Shown here piece after piece: positions 9,428 through 17,792 of a stretch of 25,672 nucleotides of DNA. The translations under genes were made by a program, and so were the position numbers. The notes beneath the pieces are model-generated. The model did no database searches, had not been told where the DNA came from, and saw only the letters and a program-made list of their open reading frames with translations. Numbering within the stretch: position 1 is the stretch's first letter; the number at the start of each line of letters is the position of its first letter. The stretch is from a virus (lineage: Duplodnaviria > Caudoviricetes): positions 1 through 25,672 of IMG/VR virus record IMGVR_UViG_3300011442_000027. One strand, 5' to 3'.

Positions 9428-9618
9428 AGACATGCGAGGAATGCGACTACTATGTAGAGTTGGGAGAAGGTAAGAAGGGCAATGGAGATGCGACCATTGT
9501 TGGCAATTGCTTCCGCTATCCGCCCGTTGTCACGGATAAGGGCAGTCAGTACCCCATTGTCGGAGCAGTGGAACGCCAGTGCGGAGAATTTCAACCAAAG
9601 AAGAGGACGCGAAGATGA
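9424..9618 (+). CDS. Small Cys-motif phage protein (CxxC...CFRYPP...CGEF)
   Basis: 64 aa with four Cys in a pattern common in small phage proteins; ATGA overlaps at both ends. Confidence 0.75.
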   Translation: MKTCEECDYYVELGEGKKGNGDATIVGNCFRYPPVVTDKGSQYPIVGAVERQCGEFQPKKRTRR

Positions 9619-9842
9619 CCTATGAAGAAGCCGTCGCCATCGTCAAAGGCGCTGCGCCACAGTTAAATATTATGGAAGACGGTTCAAAGAGCCATGTGGC
9701 TTTGCAGAAAGCCGCTGGTGATACTCCCTTCTGTATAGCCATCCCCGACTCCAGCCATCTTTTTTCCGGGCCGGGTGAGGCGCAAGCCGCAGAGAAGACA
9801 TCCTTGCTGACTTCAATTCAGCAATATGTCGCTCGTGCATGA
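9615..9842 (+). CDS. Hypothetical protein
   Basis: Start moved from 9579 to ATG 9615 (ATGA overlap, GAGGA SD near 9603); 75 aa. Confidence 0.65.
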   Translation: MTYEEAVAIVKGAAPQLNIMEDGSKSHVALQKAAGDTPFCIAIPDSSHLFSGPGEAQAAEKTSLLTSIQQYVARA

Positions 9843-10384
9843 CTACTCCTTCCGTAATCCGTAAGGCGATGCCGTATGACGCCCCGGAAATCTGGCGGCT
9901 GTTCCTACAGACGCACAGAGAAAATGGTCTATTTGTTATAAGCCCGTTCAAGGTCACGGAATTCCTTGATCGGGCGCTCCACCCCGAGAGAATACCCCCT
10001 CACGACACGGGCGTCCGCGCTCAGATCGGGGTAATTGGCCCTCCCGGCAAACTGGAGGCCTTGGCCTTCGTTCTGATAGCTCAGTTCTGGTACTCAGATG
10101 AGTTTCACCTTGAAGAGCTACTTGTTTACGTCGATCCAGAGTGCCGGAAGTCCCGTCATGCCATAACCTGCCTGAAATGGATGAAGGGGCTGGCCGATGA
10201 GCTTAAAATCCCACTCATGACCGGAATTATCTCGAAAAACCGGACAGCGGCCAAGATCAGGCTCTATGACAGGATGCTGCCCCGTATCGGGGCCTTCTAC
10301 CTTTACCCAAAGGACGATGCTGAACTTGTGAAGCCCGAGAGCGTCATGGGAGAAACTCCGCCCAAGCTGAAAGTGGTTGCATGA
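9839..10384 (+). CDS. GNAT-fold (acetyltransferase-like) protein
   Basis: IRKAMPYDAPEI...EELLVYVDPECRKSRHA...RLYDR resembles GNAT motifs; position between nozzle and ejection genes is usual in podoviruses. Confidence 0.7.
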   Translation: MTTPSVIRKAMPYDAPEIWRLFLQTHRENGLFVISPFKVTEFLDRALHPERIPPHDTGVRAQIGVIGPPGKLEALAFVLIAQFWYSDEFHLEELLVYVDPECRKSRHAITCLKWMKGLADELKIPLMTGIISKNRTAAKIRLYDRMLPRIGAFYLYPKDDAELVKPESVMGETPPKLKVVA

Positions 10385-10593
10385 ATTACTCCAACCAGCC
10401 GGTCTACGGCATCATGCCGTTTATCCCGCACGAAATAGCAATATATTTCGACATAGCCGTGGTTTTGTTCATTATTTGGTTCTTCGCCCACCTGCATTGG
10501 TGGCTTCATAAGCAACGGTATGGATTTCCCCCACTCTATTTTTTCTGGATAAAGCGGCTCTGGGACCGGTGTCTTGCCGCAATGAAGCCATAA
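10381..10593 (+). CDS. Small membrane protein
   Basis: 70 aa with one aromatic-rich hydrophobic segment (IAIYFDIAVVLFIIWFFAHLHWW); ATGA overlap. Confidence 0.6.
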   Translation: MNYSNQPVYGIMPFIPHEIAIYFDIAVVLFIIWFFAHLHWWLHKQRYGFPPLYFFWIKRLWDRCLAAMKP

Positions 10594-10644
10594 AGGTATA
10601 CAGGTGGACCGGCTTCTTTAACCCCGGCTACAGGGATACCCGAC

Positions 10645-13600
10645 ATGGGGTCTAAGGGCAGTAAAGGCACATCCACAACCACCCAAGCGCAAAACCAGCT
10701 ACAGGCTGTAAACAGCGCCCAGCAGCAGGCCAGCTTTACCGGTAGCCAGCAAGACCAAACAACTGCGGCAAATCAGTATCAGCAACAGGGCCAGAATACG
10801 GCCCAGCAACAGCAGGGTACCAGCGCCTATAGCGCTAATCCGCTGATACAGGGTGCCGCAGGTCAAGCGCTGTCGCAGGCACAAGCCGCCGCGCAACTTC
10901 CATTTCAGTTACCGGAAGCGCCTGTTGCGGGGTTCTCGGCTGACCAGCAACAGGCTTTCCAGCAAGCCCGGGACCAGCAGGGTATTGCACAGCCTTACTA
11001 TAACCAAGCCCAGAACCTCTATAACCAGAGCGCCCAAGACCTGCGGGGCATTGGCCAGCCTTATTATGACCAAGCTCAGAGCATGTATCAGCAGAGTGCT
11101 GCCCCTATATCTGGTGACCAGATAGCGCAGTACTACAACCCCTATGCCGCCAGCGTCCTTGGGAACCTTCGGGAAACCCAAGGCCAGCAGATGAACGATA
11201 TTACCGGCAGGCTCACCCAGCAGGCCGGTGGCGTCGGTGGTGACCGCATCGGCGTAGCGCAGGCAGAACTCGCCCGGCAGCAGAATCTGGCCACCGGCCA
11301 GACCATGGCGGGCCTCTATGGCAGCGCCCTGAGTGCCGCCCAGCAGGACGCCCAACGTCAGCAGGCAGCGGCCTCTGGCGTCGGCAGCCTTGGGAACGCA
11401 ACCCTGAGTGCCGCCCAGCAGGACGCACAGCGCCAGCAAGCAGCGGCCTATGGCGTCGGCAACCTCGGTGGCGCGGCCCAGAACGCGGCCATGCAGGGCA
11501 CGCAGCAGCTTCTGGGACAGGGTGGCCTTCAGCAGCAACTCCAGCAGGCGCAACTGAACGCGCCTTACCAGAACACGCTTGCCCAGCTAGCTCTGCCTTA
11601 CCAGCAAGCTCAGTACCTGTCCGGGATAACCGGTGGCCTCGCCCCGTCCTTGGGTGGGACCACGGCTACCCAGCAAGCCGGGACCGGAGCCACCAATGGC
11701 TTCAATTCCGGTACCAGCAACACCGCCACGTCTGGCAACACTACCAGTGCCGGGACAACCAACAGCGTTGGTAACCTGAGCGGCATCATGCAGGCATTCG
11801 GTCAAGGCACAAGCACGCCAGCCGCACCAAATTTCGCCAGCCAGATAGCGGGCCTTGGAACGGCTGGTTCCGGGGTCATCGGGGCCCTTAATACCGCTGG
11901 CGCTTTCAATGCCAGAGGTGGCCGTATCGGATACGCGGGCGGCGGGACCGTTGATCTGCCCGACTGGATGAAGGGTTATGACCAGCCGCCTATAAACGTC
12001 CCGAGCGTCGAGTCGCGCCTATCTCATATTTTATCGGACCCACGGTATGGTTTGCCAGAAAACCCATACTCCCCATTTGTGTTACCCAAGTGGGCGGGAA
12101 ATGGCACCGTGATCGGTGACCAAACCGGCACTCCCACCACACCCACCCCTGTCACCCCCACCCCTGTAACTCCCGCCGCAGGTAATCCATACACGGCCCC
12201 CGTTCTATCCGGTAATCCGGACGGCGCTGGCGGCGCTGGCCATGGCGGGCCCGGCGACGGAATGGGCAATGTGGGCGGATGGAGCGCCCCGCCCGCTGGT
12301 GTCGCTCCTGTTACCAGTCAAGAACTTAACAACCCAAACCCCAATGAAGACCCCGTTGACGCAATCAACAATGCCATTGCGCCCGCTCCTGCGGTGACGC
12401 CAAATATCAGCGTCCCGCCGAGCATGGCTGTTCCGCCCAACGATCCTGCGTTGGACCAAGAACTCGGCATTATGTCGCCAGTTAACCCTAATGACGTTAA
12501 CGAAGTAGACGCAGCCATAAACAATCCGAATGCGCCGCAGAACCAGTTCGCGCCCGCACCCACGCCCTCGCCCACGTCGCTGGCTGCGCAGATAGCCGCC
12601 AATCAGGCAGCCGTCAAAGGCGACCCTGAGGCGGAACAAGACGCGGCTGAGATGGCGGCGGTCACCTCACAGGCCCAGCAGGAGGGCCTGCTAGGGCCGA
12701 ACGCCGTTACTACCAACCACGGCCCCGTTGGTATCGACGCCATCACTGGCGTTAATAACAACAACAACGTCAATATGTCGTTTGCGCCCGCCCCGGACGC
12801 GCCAACTGCTCCCACGTCGATGGCCCCGACGATGGGCTACGGCATTATGGGCAGCCCCGTGTCTGGAGTGGTGGGCTATGGCGATCCCACCGATACCGGA
12901 GTCACGGGCGGTACGGTTTCGGCTCCCGGAGCGCCCGCTGCGTTTGGTGGACCCGGCTTCGGGCCGAGCATAGGCGCACCGACTGGCCCCGGCGCGATCA
13001 GCGGCTTCGGCACCGGTACCGTGGGCCAACCCGGCTCGATTGCTGGCTTCGGCGTGAACGCAACCGGCGTGCCCGGCCTGAATGGCATGACCGATGCGGT
13101 GACGGCGAATGCGACCCCTAATGCACAGCAGTCACAGAAGGGTGACGACGACACGACTGGTTTGACGGCGGCAGCGGTAGCGGCTGCACAGCAGGCTGCG
13201 GCCATGGACAGCTTGGCGCAGGGCCTTAACCAAGGCCTGCAAGGCTTTGCCACTACGGACACCCCCGGTCTTGCTGGTTTGGCCGCGACTACTGGCCTCG
13301 CGCCCGGTTTCGGCATCACTGGCCTTACTGGCAATATGGCCGACGATGCAGCCGCTCAGGCGGCGGCTCAGAACTCAGGACTTGAAGGCATCACCTCAGA
13401 CACTGGCATATCGTTCAGCGGCATGAGTCCTAATGGCTTTGGCATCAGCGGCATCAGCATGGGCGACGAAGGTGTCACAGGCACCAACGCTGATGGAGAT
13501 ATCGGCGGTATCTCGGTTGGTGATATGGGAGATGCCGTTGGTCTTGGCGCAGATGCTGGCGTCGGTATTTCTGGCGATAGCGGCATTGGGTTTGGTGGTG

Positions 13601-16164
13601 AGGGGTTTGGTGGGCTGGGTGGAGAAGGCGAAGGCGAGGGTGGTATCGGCGGCGAGGGTGGTATCGGCGGCGAGGGTGGTATCGGCGGCGAGGGTGGCGA
13701 AGGCGGCGAAGGTGGCGAAGGTGGTGGTGGCGAAGGTGGTGGTGGCGAAGGTGGATATGCTGGCGGCGGCAAAATCTATATGAAGTTGCGCCCCCATATG
13801 ATGCGCTCAACGAAGATGAGCCCCATGCCATGGGCGAAATTTGCGAGGGGTGGCGACACGGATAGTGACGAAACCGAAACTGAAAAGGACTGGATGAAGT
13901 CGGACCCGACTGTCCCTTCCGTCAAAAGTGAATCCTCAAGCCGCTCTGAACGCCCTCAGGTTGTTCCTCTGGATTTGCGTTCCGCTCCACCTGAAGTGCG
14001 GCAGGCGGCTGCTCAAGCGGTTGCTGCTCAGGCACCAAAGGCAGACTTCGTTCAACTGGCGCAACAACGTCAATTGAATATGACGCCTATGAATATGCAG
14101 CAAGGTTCAGGCAGTTCAGGCACTGGAAGCAGCGGAAAGGGGTCTATCTTTAGCGGTATTGCTGACCTTGGTAAGGCCGCTTCCAGCATCATTCCTGTTT
14201 TCTTTGCGCAAGGCGGCGCGGTAGATGCGACCAACCCTTATCAAGGGTTTGCTATGGGCGGCCCACCGCAAGCCCCGGCCATGCCGCAACAGCCGCAGAT
14301 GCCACAACAGGCTATGCAGCAACCACAGATGCCGCCGCAAGGAATGCCGCCACAAGCGATGGGCCGCCCCGCCTTCAATCCAACCGCTATGGCGGCGATG
14401 CAGCAGCGCAACCCAAATTTCGCTGCCATGCGGCAGAGATTTGCAGGACGGCGCGGTTTTGCAGAGGGCGGCGATACGGACTTTGGTGCTGGCGACCCGA
14501 CCGAGGCTGAAAGGTTGCGAGGTCTGGCGCTTCTGAGGCTCAAGGCCGCTGGCCAGCAGCCCCAGCCAGAACTACCTCCGAAGCCGGATTTCAATAATGC
14601 CTTCGCGCGGCCTTCCGCGCCGAACCCATATTCAGCCCCGGAACCGGTACAGGCGCAGTCTCCTGTCCGGGAGATGGCCCCTGTCCGTGTCCCCGTCATG
14701 GGCGGGCGAGAAATGCCGCCGCCAGCGGCCCCGGCCACTGGCCTTCGCGCCATTTCACCGGCAGCGGCTGATTTGGCGGAGCAGAACAAGAAGGATATGA
14801 CCCAGAGCCCTCTGTATGCGCCATATAAAGCGCCATACGGTGACTTGGATCACAAGAACGATATGTCGCGCAACTTGGCACGAAGCCCATGGATGGCGAT
14901 GATCGCGGCTGGTGCTGGCATGATGGGCGGGACCTCTCCCTATGCTGGCGTCAATATTGGCAAAGGCCTTGGTGCTGGCGTCGAGTATCTTGGTAAGCAA
15001 CGTGAGGCATCCCGCGAAGATGAGAGTGTCAACCAGCGTGCCAAGCAGCTTGGTTTGCAGGCAGACAAGATGTTGCGCGAATACACGCAGCTTACGCCAG
15101 CCGAAACGGTGTCAGCAGAACAGCGCAAGAACCAGCTTGAGCAGGCTGGATGGCAGAAGAGCGGTGAGAATGTCATTAACGGTAACTCGACTTGGTTCAA
15201 TCCAAGAACAGAGGAAAGTGGAATAGTCAAAGGTGAAACTGGGCAGTGGATACCAGCCAGTAAAGCAACCCCGGCCCCAGCGCCCGGCGCAACCAAGGCT
15301 CCAATCCCGGGGACTGTGCCGGTTGCTGGCGCTGTTCCTACCGCGCCGTTGGTGCCGACCACACCGACCACGGAGGCCGCCCCCTATAACGAGCCTTCGC
15401 TGGCTTCCAATATGACTGTTCCGAAGAGCGATATTGGCTATATCGGCAAGGGGTCGCCGCTGGCCGCCGCCGCACAGAAGGAAGCCGCCACCACCATTCC
15501 GTTCCAGACCAAGGCCGCGCAAATGCTACCAGCCATGGAGCATGACTTGGCTGCGATGAAGCTTTCCTACAAGACGCTAACCAAGGACGCCGACAAGGAC
15601 GGCTTCATATCCAGAATGGCCCTTCAGCCGGGAGCGGATTTTGGTCAGAGGTTAGAGAATGCCAAGAGGCTTAATGCCATAGAGATGGCGGCTGGCCGAA
15701 AGCCGACATTCGACCCCGATAAAGTTGCCGCTGCGGAGAACATCAACAAAATCCAAGCCCGTATGGGCATGACGTTTGCGGCACAGATCAGCCCCAGAGA
15801 GTCGTTCGCTGGGCAGCAGATCGGTATTGGCTCCAGCCCCGGCTTAACCAATAGTGCGTCTGGCTTCAAGCGGCTGATTGCCGGGTTTGATGCCGCCGCG
15901 ATGAATGCAAGGGATGAGCAGAAATTCTTCCAGAAGCATCTAGCTGCCAATGGGCATGCGCTTGGCTGGCGTCAGGTGTTTGAGTCTCAAAACCCATCAC
16001 AGATGTATGTGGTAAGAGCCTTGATCGGCCAGCTTCCTGCAAATCTACAAGACGGGTTACCAGAGGCCGTCAAGCAACTCCGCGAAGACCCGAAGAAGTA
16101 CAAGCCAATTTTCGACAAGTTCTACAACGACACATCAGATTTCTTCCTGAAAGGCCACCTGTAA
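10645..16164 (+). CDS. Large DNA ejection / internal virion protein
   Basis: 1839 aa, Cys-free; MGSKG start, Gln/Ala-rich helical N-terminus with YYNPY motif, low-complexity middle, glycine-zipper-like MIAAGAGMMGGTSPYAGVNIGKG segment, helical C-terminus. Confidence 0.8.
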   Translation: MGSKGSKGTSTTTQAQNQLQAVNSAQQQASFTGSQQDQTTAANQYQQQGQNTAQQQQGTSAYSANPLIQGAAGQALSQAQAAAQLPFQLPEAPVAGFSADQQQAFQQARDQQGIAQPYYNQAQNLYNQSAQDLRGIGQPYYDQAQSMYQQSAAPISGDQIAQYYNPYAASVLGNLRETQGQQMNDITGRLTQQAGGVGGDRIGVAQAELARQQNLATGQTMAGLYGSALSAAQQDAQRQQAAASGVGSLGNATLSAAQQDAQRQQAAAYGVGNLGGAAQNAAMQGTQQLLGQGGLQQQLQQAQLNAPYQNTLAQLALPYQQAQYLSGITGGLAPSLGGTTATQQAGTGATNGFNSGTSNTATSGNTTSAGTTNSVGNLSGIMQAFGQGTSTPAAPNFASQIAGLGTAGSGVIGALNTAGAFNARGGRIGYAGGGTVDLPDWMKGYDQPPINVPSVESRLSHILSDPRYGLPENPYSPFVLPKWAGNGTVIGDQTGTPTTPTPVTPTPVTPAAGNPYTAPVLSGNPDGAGGAGHGGPGDGMGNVGGWSAPPAGVAPVTSQELNNPNPNEDPVDAINNAIAPAPAVTPNISVPPSMAVPPNDPALDQELGIMSPVNPNDVNEVDAAINNPNAPQNQFAPAPTPSPTSLAAQIAANQAAVKGDPEAEQDAAEMAAVTSQAQQEGLLGPNAVTTNHGPVGIDAITGVNNNNNVNMSFAPAPDAPTAPTSMAPTMGYGIMGSPVSGVVGYGDPTDTGVTGGTVSAPGAPAAFGGPGFGPSIGAPTGPGAISGFGTGTVGQPGSIAGFGVNATGVPGLNGMTDAVTANATPNAQQSQKGDDDTTGLTAAAVAAAQQAAAMDSLAQGLNQGLQGFATTDTPGLAGLAATTGLAPGFGITGLTGNMADDAAAQAAAQNSGLEGITSDTGISFSGMSPNGFGISGISMGDEGVTGTNADGDIGGISVGDMGDAVGLGADAGVGISGDSGIGFGGEGFGGLGGEGEGEGGIGGEGGIGGEGGIGGEGGEGGEGGEGGGGEGGGGEGGYAGGGKIYMKLRPHMMRSTKMSPMPWAKFARGGDTDSDETETEKDWMKSDPTVPSVKSESSSRSERPQVVPLDLRSAPPEVRQAAAQAVAAQAPKADFVQLAQQRQLNMTPMNMQQGSGSSGTGSSGKGSIFSGIADLGKAASSIIPVFFAQGGAVDATNPYQGFAMGGPPQAPAMPQQPQMPQQAMQQPQMPPQGMPPQAMGRPAFNPTAMAAMQQRNPNFAAMRQRFAGRRGFAEGGDTDFGAGDPTEAERLRGLALLRLKAAGQQPQPELPPKPDFNNAFARPSAPNPYSAPEPVQAQSPVREMAPVRVPVMGGREMPPPAAPATGLRAISPAAADLAEQNKKDMTQSPLYAPYKAPYGDLDHKNDMSRNLARSPWMAMIAAGAGMMGGTSPYAGVNIGKGLGAGVEYLGKQREASREDESVNQRAKQLGLQADKMLREYTQLTPAETVSAEQRKNQLEQAGWQKSGENVINGNSTWFNPRTEESGIVKGETGQWIPASKATPAPAPGATKAPIPGTVPVAGAVPTAPLVPTTPTTEAAPYNEPSLASNMTVPKSDIGYIGKGSPLAAAAQKEAATTIPFQTKAAQMLPAMEHDLAAMKLSYKTLTKDADKDGFISRMALQPGADFGQRLENAKRLNAIEMAAGRKPTFDPDKVAAAENINKIQARMGMTFAAQISPRESFAGQQIGIGSSPGLTNSASGFKRLIAGFDAAAMNARDEQKFFQKHLAANGHALGWRQVFESQNPSQMYVVRALIGQLPANLQDGLPEAVKQLREDPKKYKPIFDKFYNDTSDFFLKGHL
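11327..11476 (+). repeat. 75-nt tandem duplication encoding LSAAQQDAQRQQAAA.GVG.LG twice
   Basis: ccctgagtgccgcccagcaggacgc occurs at 11327 and 11402. A similar 66-nt-period duplication (GI.QPYY.QAQ..Y.QSA) lies at 10981/11047. Confidence 0.85.
13633..13755 (+). repeat. In-frame tandem repeat (GGCGAGGGTGGTATCGGC x3 plus degenerate GGE units)
   Basis: Exact 18-nt units at 13633, 13651, 13669 and a partial unit at 13687, then GGCGAAGGTGGTGGT units; encodes GEGGIG/GGEG. Confidence 0.9.
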
Positions 16165-16165
16165 G

Positions 16166-17791
16166 ATGGGCATCTTGGATGATCTATCTGGGCCAGAAGG
16201 CACTCCGGACACTGTTTCGGATAGGATCAATGCTGCGCCTAATGCACCTCCAGCCGTCAAACCACCGGGCGGATTTCTAGACGCCTTGGATCATGCGGAC
16301 AGGGGTCGAGCAGCCGAAGAGACGCCGCAGCCATCTGCTTTGTGGGATACCGCAAAGGAAGCTGGCAAGGGACTAGTTCGCGGCGTCCATGGATTCGTCG
16401 GGGACATGGGCGAGGCCGTAATGGGGCCGTTTGGGCCGTCGCATCACGCCGCCAATCTGATGGCCACCTTGGGCCTTGGCGAGAGGCCGCCGACAGAACC
16501 CGGCTACGGACAGCAATTGAACAAAGCTGCTGGCGTAGAGGCTTCCCCACAAACCACTGCCGGTAAATACGCTGGCGCGGCCACCGAAGTCATGGGTAAT
16601 CCAGCATCCTATCTGGGTCCGGGTGGCCCCTTGATAAAGGCTGGCGCGGCAGCCGCGTCGGGGCTCGGATCAGAGGCGGCGGGACAACTCACCAAGGATA
16701 CGCCATTTGAAACCCCAGCAAGGATTGCTGGAGGCATTTTAGCTCCGACCGCCGTTGGAAAGGTTGCGTCGGCAGTTAGCAATACTATGCGAGCCAGAGG
16801 CATACCAACAGAAGTGGAGTTAAAGGCCGCGTCGGACAATGCCTATAAAGCCGCCCGCGCCCTTGATGTCGAGTATCAAACCGACAAAGTGCGGGCGCTG
16901 CAAGACAATATCCACAAATCGCTCATAAAATCGGGCTTCCGTGCCGACACCGCTGGAGGGGCATTTAGCCGATTAAAGGAGTTGATGGAACCTATTACTC
17001 CCGCCAATCCGGGAGGAAACAGGAATTTTTCCGATATCGAGGGTGTCAGACAATCATTGAACCGATTGCGCCAAGAAACCAATCCGAATACTGGCGGCCC
17101 GACAGCAAATGCCAGCGCGGCGAGCAGGGCCATAAGCAAGATTGATGATTTCCTTGCCAATCCTAAAAATGCCGCCGGGAATGATTATGCTTCACAGCTA
17201 TCCGCGCAACTTACGGCTAGGCTGGCGGAAGAAGCCCGGGGCAATTGGGCGGCGATGTCGCGCTCACAACGGATAGAGCAGGCCCTCACCAAGAGCCAGC
17301 TTAATGCCGCTTCCGGAGGTACCGGGTCCAATATCGACAATGCAATGCGCCAGCAAATCAAGTCACTGCTGAATAGTCCAAAGCGCATAAAGGGTTTCAC
17401 GCAAGACGAGCGCAATATGATGCAGGATATCGTAATGGGAAACCCAGTGCGAAATTCATCCCGCCTACTTGGTAAGATGGCAGCAACCGGAATAGTGTCA
17501 GCGGCTGGAGTCGAATATTTAGCCCACGCTTTGGGGCTTGGTGCGGCGGGGCATTTGTTGCTGCCAGCCGCAGGCTATGCCGCCAAGAAGACCGGCGACA
17601 TCATGACAAAAAATCGCATCAATGGGCTTCTTAGATCAGTTCGTAAGGACTCGCCGTTGGGGCAGTCCCGCAATCTTTCGGATCGATCCTATACTGCTCC
17701 ATTCGCGCTACGATCACTAGCTACGGTGCCGGATGGGCAGGCAAGAGGTGGCGCGATAGGTCGCGCCCTAAGACTGACAAAGCGGGGTTAA
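16166..17791 (+). CDS. DNA ejection / DNA transfer protein
   Basis: 541 aa, Ala/Gly-rich, Cys-free, glycine-zipper-like segments, directly follows the large ejection gene. Confidence 0.7.
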   Translation: MGILDDLSGPEGTPDTVSDRINAAPNAPPAVKPPGGFLDALDHADRGRAAEETPQPSALWDTAKEAGKGLVRGVHGFVGDMGEAVMGPFGPSHHAANLMATLGLGERPPTEPGYGQQLNKAAGVEASPQTTAGKYAGAATEVMGNPASYLGPGGPLIKAGAAAASGLGSEAAGQLTKDTPFETPARIAGGILAPTAVGKVASAVSNTMRARGIPTEVELKAASDNAYKAARALDVEYQTDKVRALQDNIHKSLIKSGFRADTAGGAFSRLKELMEPITPANPGGNRNFSDIEGVRQSLNRLRQETNPNTGGPTANASAASRAISKIDDFLANPKNAAGNDYASQLSAQLTARLAEEARGNWAAMSRSQRIEQALTKSQLNAASGGTGSNIDNAMRQQIKSLLNSPKRIKGFTQDERNMMQDIVMGNPVRNSSRLLGKMAATGIVSAAGVEYLAHALGLGAAGHLLLPAAGYAAKKTGDIMTKNRINGLLRSVRKDSPLGQSRNLSDRSYTAPFALRSLATVPDGQARGGAIGRALRLTKRG

Positions 17792-17792
17792 G

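Noticed and set aside
10699-15950. Many antisense and alternate-frame ORFs, including Pro-rich and His-rich ones at 13368-13831
   Set aside because: Expected by-products of GC-rich low-complexity coding sequence and the tandem repeat.
10645-16164. Tape measure protein of a long-tailed phage
   Set aside because: No tail tube, chaperone or baseplate genes nearby; the adaptor, nozzle and GNAT context fits podoviral ejection proteins better.
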